Part shown: one piece after another, positions 56,476-64,000 of the stretch
Layout of the letters: each line of letters starts with the position of its first letter
Position numbering within the stretch: position 1 is the stretch's first letter
Assembly (NCBI GenBank): GCA_964016885.1
Contig: OZ024745.1
Coordinates: 51,460,001 to 51,524,000 of the forward strand
Reading direction: 5' to 3'
DNA from: Eledone cirrhosa
Lineage: Eukaryota
DNA length: 64,000 bases
The notes under the pieces: generated by a model
Seen by the model: only the letters and a program-made list of their open reading frames with translations
Told to the model about the DNA's origin: nothing
Databases searched by the model: none
Position numbers and translations under genes: made by a program

Positions 56476-57983
56476 TCCATTGAGGTTTTATACTGAGAAA
56501 TATAATCGCAATACGTATGTTATGTTACTTTATCTCAGTATATATATAGGGAACTCTCTTGTCTCCACACGGCAAATATCCAAGACAAAGATGAGAATTG
56601 GTACCGGTGATCACTTATGCCACTCTGAGCGTTGCCGCCATAAAACAAAAATACACGAATAGATACAGCAAAATGTCCAACTTGATGTTGTAAGAGTTTT
56701 AGTTATCCATTGGCAGGAAATTTAGAGCTGGAACCGAAAACATACATTCGTTCCGACGTGTCATTCCAACGAGTCATTCAAACCACCACTAATGCTTAAC
56801 TAAACAAAAATTAACTTGAAAATAAAAGATGAATAATATCTCTAGAATATATTTAAATATATTTTCGTTTCAAAACATAGGGTTTATGAAAGTATTATTT
56901 GAAGGGCTTAAGACATATTCGACTGATGAAAAGTATTTAGACTACGAGAAACCTCCGAGTTTGTTTGTCGTATCAGAAACACGAACAGGCTAATCGATTT
57001 TCACATTCTGTATAATTTGGACAATACTCGTTAATTACATTAGCGATACCGGTAATCTCTGCCTATGAACGACATATATTTATATATATGTTTATTGGTC
57101 AACTTGGATGAAGTTCTGCTTCAGATTATTGTGAAAGCTTTTTATGAGGTATGCAGTAAATACATTGATTGTGAAAGCTTTTTATATGTTATACAGTAAA
57201 TACTCATTTATAGATTTTAATTATCTAAATAAAGAATAAAGTGTATGACTTTTTTAATTGGGATTATTTATCATTTTGTTTGTTTAACACAAAAAATAAT
57301 CTAAACCTAAAGTGAGGAGAATTAAGTTATGAAAATGTTAATTCATTAATTAAATTTAAATCGTTTTTGGTGAGATTTAATAATCAAATGATATTATCTC
57401 TTCACATCAGTAAAGTGTTTCAAACGAAGCTTTGATGGATCAGCAGTGGCTTAAATACAGAGCCTACATTGCATGTTCCCATAGATACTCTGTTTTTTTT
57501 TAAATTATAATTTTACCGCTGTGATTTTATCTGTGATTATTTAGTATATAACAAGTAAAAACAAAAAACCAAATTAATTATAATTTTATCAGGTTTTTTG
57601 TCTAATGCAAATTTGATTAAATACGGAAACAATGGCTGGGAAGGATGTTGCATCATTTCAATTTGTACTGCAATATGCGATTGTTCAATACATGATTTTT
57701 TTATAATCAGATTTCATTTTCATTCCTATGACTAACAACAATTCAATGGTTTTCATGTACGCTATTATAATGATACACACAAATATATTGAAACGTTATT
57801 AATTACAATGTCACTATATTGTTTGTTCCTAAATCAAAATATATTATTTTCATTATCCGGAAATTATTCAAAAGCAAAATTCAGATGAAGCTGCCATGGT
57901 GTTTCTGTATTATCAGACACAACGTGATATGACCTAATATGCCATTTATTTCAAACTAAATGATATTAAGCACACAACTGCAC

Positions 57984-58021
<38 letters not shown>

Positions 58022-58038
58022 CCCCCACACACACATAT

Positions 58039-58150
<112 letters not shown>

Positions 58151-58429
58151 ATTGAATACATGAAAGAGATGAATACTGATAAAAGTATACATGTGGTCCA
58201 ATTGCAAAGGACCAAGTTAACTAGGTTTAAAAAAATACTAACTTAGTACAATATGGTTTGCCTGACTCGATTTAAAGTAATAAATCAATAAAAATAACAA
58301 ACCTATATCAGGCAAAAGGCTTTGATACACAGACAAACTTAAATCTGTTTCGCAAGAATTATTAAGTGGAAGCCACTATTTCTGTGCTCTTCAGTAGGTA
58401 TCCAAACATTAGCAGACCTTTTACTTCTA

Positions 58430-58890
58430 AGGATCTAAGATGACTGAACAATATGCTGATATAAAAGCACATGTTACAGCGCCTAGCGCGTCTCACATAC
58501 TCATGCCGCTAAAAATAGCAGCCGGGTTTATGAGACTAAATCTAGCTCTACATATTGGAGCCGAGAATATCATACATTGAGTTAGAAACTCAAAATAATC
58601 TTTTACAATTAAATAGCTCAAGGAAAGAAATGTTTCCGAGCCGTGTAACATAATATAATTGAATATATGAGAGAGATGAACACAGATAGAAGTATACATG
58701 TGTTCCAATTGTTTTTCGCCTAATACAGAGCAGAAATAGAGCAGAAAAACGCAGAAAAATTCTTCTAGCCGATTGCACTTTAAGAAATATAAGTAACGCA
58801 TGTGTAAAGTTTGAAAAAAATCGGTCGGGTACTTCTCGAGTTTTAGGGATTTACACAGACAGACATCCTATGTTTTATATTTATAGATAT
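58430..58890 (+). mobile_element. Possible Helitron/Helentron-type non-autonomous element end
   Basis: aaaatcggtc...acagacagaca..ttttatatttatagat terminus resembles HINE/DINE-like 3' ends; left boundary uncertain. Confidence 0.35.
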
Positions 58891-59316
58891 ATAAACAAGT
58901 TATTTCGAATATCGAGTTTGAAACGCAAGTGTATTAGAATTCGAAGAATAATGGGAAAAACTCAACGCAAGGAGCTGTTACAACAGCAAAATGTCGTCAA
59001 TGGCGGCATCAGGTAAAATGTAACTCAAAGGGTTAGAAATCAGCGGCTAGAAGTGTGTTGGCCCATGAGAAAAGGAATAAAATAGACGAGAGAAAATCAC
59101 ACAAAGATTTAAATATTCTCATCAGCTTTTAGACCACTTGTGATTTCGACGATTTAACTGAGTATACCACGTCAAATAGACAGATCGTACAACGGAGAAA
59201 TAAATATCTCCGTTGGTATGATGTTTGTGTGAGGAAAGAACAGATTAGATAGACAGATAGTCAGGTCAGAGAGAGAGAGAAATATATAGTGCGTCCACCT
59301 GGCTTTATGTTATTCC

Positions 59317-59318
<2 letters not shown>

Positions 59319-59360
<42 letters not shown>

Positions 59361-59415
59361 ATAGTAGTGGTGGTAGTAGTAGTAGTAGTAGCAGTAGTAG
59401 TAGCAGTAGCAGCAA

Positions 59416-59470
<55 letters not shown>
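59319..59470. repeat. (GTA)n microsatellite
   Basis: direct reading. Confidence 0.95.
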
Positions 59471-59471
<1 letters not shown>

Positions 59472-59489
59472 AATGTAGTAATGAAAATG

Positions 59490-59927
59490 ATATTAATGGC
59501 TTCTGATTTAGACACAAAGCCAACAGTTGAGGGTGAGGGAAAAGTCAATTAAATCAACCTCAGCGTACAACTAGCACGTTATTTTATAGACCACGTAAGG
59601 ACGAAAGGCAAATGTAACCTCGACGGCGTATGAAATCAAAAAGCAAAGGGCTGTAAACAATGCCACGAAGCATGATGTCCTATGCTCTAACATTACTACC
59701 AATAATAATTGTTTCGGCTTTAGGCAATAGGCCAACAATTTTTTTTTCGGGGGGCGGGGGAAAGTCGCTTAAATCAACTCCAGTGCGTTACTGGTACTTT
59801 ATTTTATCGACCCCGTAAGCATGGAAGGCAAAGCTAACCCCGGTTGGATTTGAGCTCAGAACATAAAGGGCCATAACTCTATGCTGCAAAGCATGTTGTC
59901 CGACGCTCTACCGATACTCCTAATCCA
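59490..59927 (-). mobile_element. Two tandem OR-like SINE copies
   Basis: 59701-59927 has actggtactttattttatcgacccc..ggcaaag..ggatttgagctcag; 59490-59700 is a more diverged copy. Confidence 0.75.
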
Positions 59928-59934
59928 TTATAAT

Positions 59935-60480
59935 AAGGCATTCATCACGCCAGCATGAAAGAGCGTATCAGGAATGAATGCTACTGTAGAGTAAAGGCTT
60001 TCTTAGAAACTGAGCTTAACTCGAGTAATAAACTATCTGCCATAAATGCACGTGCAATCCCAGTTATCACCTACAGTTTCAATGTCATAGACATTTTGTT
60101 AATGAAATTAACAAAATGGATACCAAAATCTGGAAACGTCTGACCTGTAATAAAATACATTACTGAAAAGCAGATGTGGTTCACTTCTATCTCCCTAGAT
60201 AAAATGGAGATAGCCTAACGATCGAGCTTGTGTTGTGCAATTTGTCAAACATTGAACTGGCCTTAAAGCTACAGATGGCTGCATGATAGAAATGGTTGCA
60301 GATCACGAAAGGAAGAAGAGATTACGTTCAGTCACAAAGGGTAGTAGGAAGTTTGCTGAGAAATTGGGAATCTATTGCGAAAAATATTCTACAAATAACG
60401 CTCTAAAGAATATCAAAGTGTTGGCAAAACATGAAGATGCACAGAGGCTGTGCACTAAATGGGAGCAAAATCTTTAAACT
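59935..60480 (+). mobile_element. R4/Dong-like non-LTR retrotransposon RT fragment
   Basis: MKERIRNECYCRVKAFLETELNSSNKLSAINARAIPVITYSFNVI, typical post-RT segment of this clade. Confidence 0.65.
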
Positions 60481-61917
60481 GCCTTTACAGTGTAAAGGAT
60501 ACTCCGCCACAAAAGACGAACTGTTCATTTACTCGGTTTAAAATCTGACAATCTTAAAAATCTGGTTCACATATGCTATCTCATATCTCTCCCTCTTCTA
60601 CCTTCCCTGCAATCTCCTCTCTGCTACTTACAATTCATTTATATTTGCTCTGTTCATCACTCATGGTGTGTACAACGCAGCATGTACCATACAAACCCAG
60701 TTGCCTAATCATTCTAGTTCAGGATGCCGAGTGTTCTTGCCTTACCAGATGGAGAGGACAAGCACCAGTATAAACGAATATTAAATGAATTGATTTCTCC
60801 TGTATCAAATGCCATGATTACATCACTCTCCTCCTGACCAAACAAGTAAAAAACAAAATGTGTTTAATTTGATTTTCGCAATCATGCATGTTGTCAGTCA
60901 GCCACTCCCTTCTTTCGGGATTGTAATTCAGTTAATAGAATATCCGCTTTTCATCGAATATAGGAGTGCAGCGTATTGAATTGACAAAACAAGAGATTTC
61001 CCAAGTGTATGGATACTTTTAAAATATGCACCCTTATCACATTTGTCTACCAGTGTTGGAGTCCATTGCAAGATAATGTATATTGGTGTAAGTTTTCCCC
61101 AATGTTTGTCGACAAGAAGCATGACTCTGGAAACATAATTTAATTATCCCTGGATTGCTGGCATGTGGAATTATGTCTAACATTGAATAGCGTTTCTGAT
61201 TATCACATGATAGGCAATGTAGATTCTCATGTCTATTATTATGATAGGTTTTTATGAGAGAGTTTAGAACCATCAGTTTGACGCGATATTTTCGACCAAT
61301 AAATTATCTAAATTCGTGTCACGTTCAGCCAGTGTTATCTTGTAATCTATACACATATTATTTCCCGTAATTTTACATTATGCAACGTTTAAATTCTTTC
61401 ATCCATTCCCACCAGCATACCAAAAACAAATGTTTGGCCTAATCTTTACGCTTAACTTCCTCTCTTTTCACATATTTCCTAACCCCTTTGGTCATTTTCA
61501 AACCATATAAATTATCCATATATTTTCAATATTTTTATAAAGTAAACTCGAATTCCCAAATCGGTGGTTGTACGACTGCTGTTTATTTACGTTTTAAGAG
61601 TTAATAAAACATATGAAACACGCCATAGGCTGTGCAACGTTTGTGTATTTATATACATCTCTTCAAACTGAATACCTCTTTTCTTTAGCTTAAATTTTCA
61701 AGGACATTTTCTACAAAATGTTTTAAGACGCATTTTGCCGCTTGTTGTTTCATTCCTAGCTGCTTCCTTTGTAGGACACAGGAAGAACATATGCGTTACC
61801 ATAAAATTCTGCATACAATGGGAAATATTTCACCACCAGTCATGCCTTAAGCATATAAAAGTATATTATATCATCCTCAATCAAATTTTGATACCTCTGG
61901 ACACCGTCATATCATTA

Positions 61918-61919
<2 letters not shown>

Positions 61920-61948
<29 letters not shown>

Positions 61949-62195
61949 CTTCTTCTTGCAGTGGGTTATAATTGATTTTATCTTCTTCCAGTTGCTTCAG
62001 GAGCAATCGTCTCCAAATGATCTGGCTGGATCCTCAAGCCTCAGAAAATTCTTCAGGGTCTCCTGTCGGTTGGTTTGCTCAAACGATCTGTCCGGTGATT
62101 TTTTCCTGAGACATTCTAACAATATGCCCATAGAATCGCAGCTGTGATCTCTTAATTAGTAGGCGTAGCGGCTCTACCTGGTGTGATTCTCTGAT
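61920..62195 (-). mobile_element. RTE-clade LINE 3' fragment with (GAA)n tail
   Basis: (TCT)n plus ttcctgagacattctaac..gctgtgatctct shared with the 25330 copy. Confidence 0.75.
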
Positions 62196-63180
62196 CAGTT
62201 TCTGTGGTAGTATTCACGCCAGTCACCAATCTGGTACTTTGTCAAACTCACGAATGATTGGATTTTTTTAGAAGCGGCGTTTACTCGCCTCGCCGTAACT
62301 ACATCACTGTGTTGTGAATGTTTTCTTGGGATCTACAGGTGTCACACATTGTTTCATCTTCCCTAGTAGTTTACCGCTGTTTGTCTGGGGTTGCTTATTC
62401 GTCCTGCATTAGCCCGCTTATATCGCAACTAGCCATCATATTTGGTGGCTGTATCGCTATCCGCCACCTGTGACTCGTTCCTTAGCAGAACTGTAAACAA
62501 AGCCTCTCCAAATCTTGAGTGGGCGTGAAAACATCTAATCTATATTGTAAATAATAGAAATGTAATGTCATGGTAATTATCTTCCAGTAATTTAACCAGG
62601 CCACAAACAAAACAATCGTAGATTCATTTGCAACATTTCTGAAATCTTCTCGTTTTATTAAATGATTCTATAACATTTAATATCAACATTGGTATACTGT
62701 GCGTTATTTTTCATCAAATGTGTTGTTTTAACATACTTTATATATACACATTTAAACTTCCAATATCCAGAAAAATACAGGAAACTGATAAATATTTGAA
62801 TTGTTACGTTATTGATTCTATATTGTTTCATTTTATTTTCCTTTATTTCGCGTGTGAATCGACTTTGTATTTCGTCATTCCTTAGACGGTAAAGTAAATA
62901 CCATAGCAGATAAAATCAATTATAACCACATGAAAATGTTGATATTTTTAAAATGGTTGTTATGTTTACGGTGGAAAGATAATTTTTGGAGCTGCTAATG
63001 CATAGTACTTACTGCTTCTATTCATTTTCATGTTTAGCTTTTGTACATTTTTTATTTGCAAGATTTGAATCCATTTTTGGCGTGAATAGTGAATATGAAC
63101 AGTATATATGAACACACACACACACAGACGCACATACACACACACGCTCACACACGCACACAAACACACACACACACACG

Positions 63181-63233
<53 letters not shown>

Positions 63234-64000
63234 AACAAATTAAAAAAAAAGTGTTTTAGATTTCTTAAATACCTGATTTATTTTCTAAATTTTAGCACCT
63301 AATAGAAATTGTGACAACTTATAAGCTATACTATATGCACGATATCTCAAAGTGGAGCTAAATCTCTTTCATCACACATAACCTCACGTTCATCCTCATC
63401 CCATTATCCTCATAGTCAATGTCGTCGTCACTATCATCATTATTCTTCTAATCATCCTCATCATCATAATCATACTCCTCCTACTACTACTCATCATCAT
63501 CATCACCACCACCACCACAACCACACGTTTGTGTTTCGTCCTTTTTGTCTTGAAAGTGGTTTTAACATTGCCAAGCAATACCAATGTGGCTTGTTCCCAA
63601 AGATCAATATTAACTTCAAACAAATACGTCTTAAAACGTGCCAGAAGAAAAGTAGGTTTATATAACTTTTTTTTCGTTTTAATAATGATCATATTGCAGT
63701 TAATAAGGCAGTAAAAACACTGCTGGCAACGATACAGTCTCTTTTAAAAAGTCATTCCAATTTGTCTTCAATTATTCCACACAACATTTTCAGTTAGTGT
63801 AACATTGGAAAACAACTTTCCTCTACATCTATTTACGTATTGATTCTTGATCAACTGCTATTGATTAATATATGTGATTCCTCTGTAAATACATATGAAA
63901 TGTACGCGAATGAACAAGTATATATATATTTATATATCCTTGAATATACAGGTTAGTTTAAAAGAGTAATATCTGTTCCAAATCCTACTCTCACCATATA

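Noticed and set aside
56917-56970. CTGATGA...GAAA hammerhead-like motif
   Set aside because: Helices I and III cannot be formed convincingly
57128-57205. 40-bp tandem duplication
   Set aside because: Ordinary two-copy local duplication with no further structure
60760-61600. Possible transposase/helicase remnant (GAYFKSIHTLGKSL)
   Set aside because: No diagnostic motif set recognisable by eye

Overview
AT-rich, microsatellite-saturated eukaryotic intergenic DNA; the repeat content (OR/OK-like tRNA SINEs, RTE LINEs, huge (TA)n tracts) suggests an Octopus/cephalopod genome (inference). No intact host protein-coding gene is supported, and most ORF-track entries are microsatellite artefacts. The window is dominated by Penelope-like retroelements (PLEs): one near-full-length Naiad-type element (15771-19105, +), one Poseidon/Neptune-type element (1938-5449, -) and several decayed copies. 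The main hidden signal is a set of type I hammerhead ribozyme (HHR) motifs, folded by eye, from at least six different sequence families. Several sit in small non-coding elements inserted in (TA)n tracts. These include a near-identical 466-bp tandem array with one minimal HHR per unit that ends in a fold-back (retrozyme-like), and long hairpin elements whose arms co-vary between copies. There are also several scattered, badly decayed leucine-rich-repeat (LRR)-like coding remnants.
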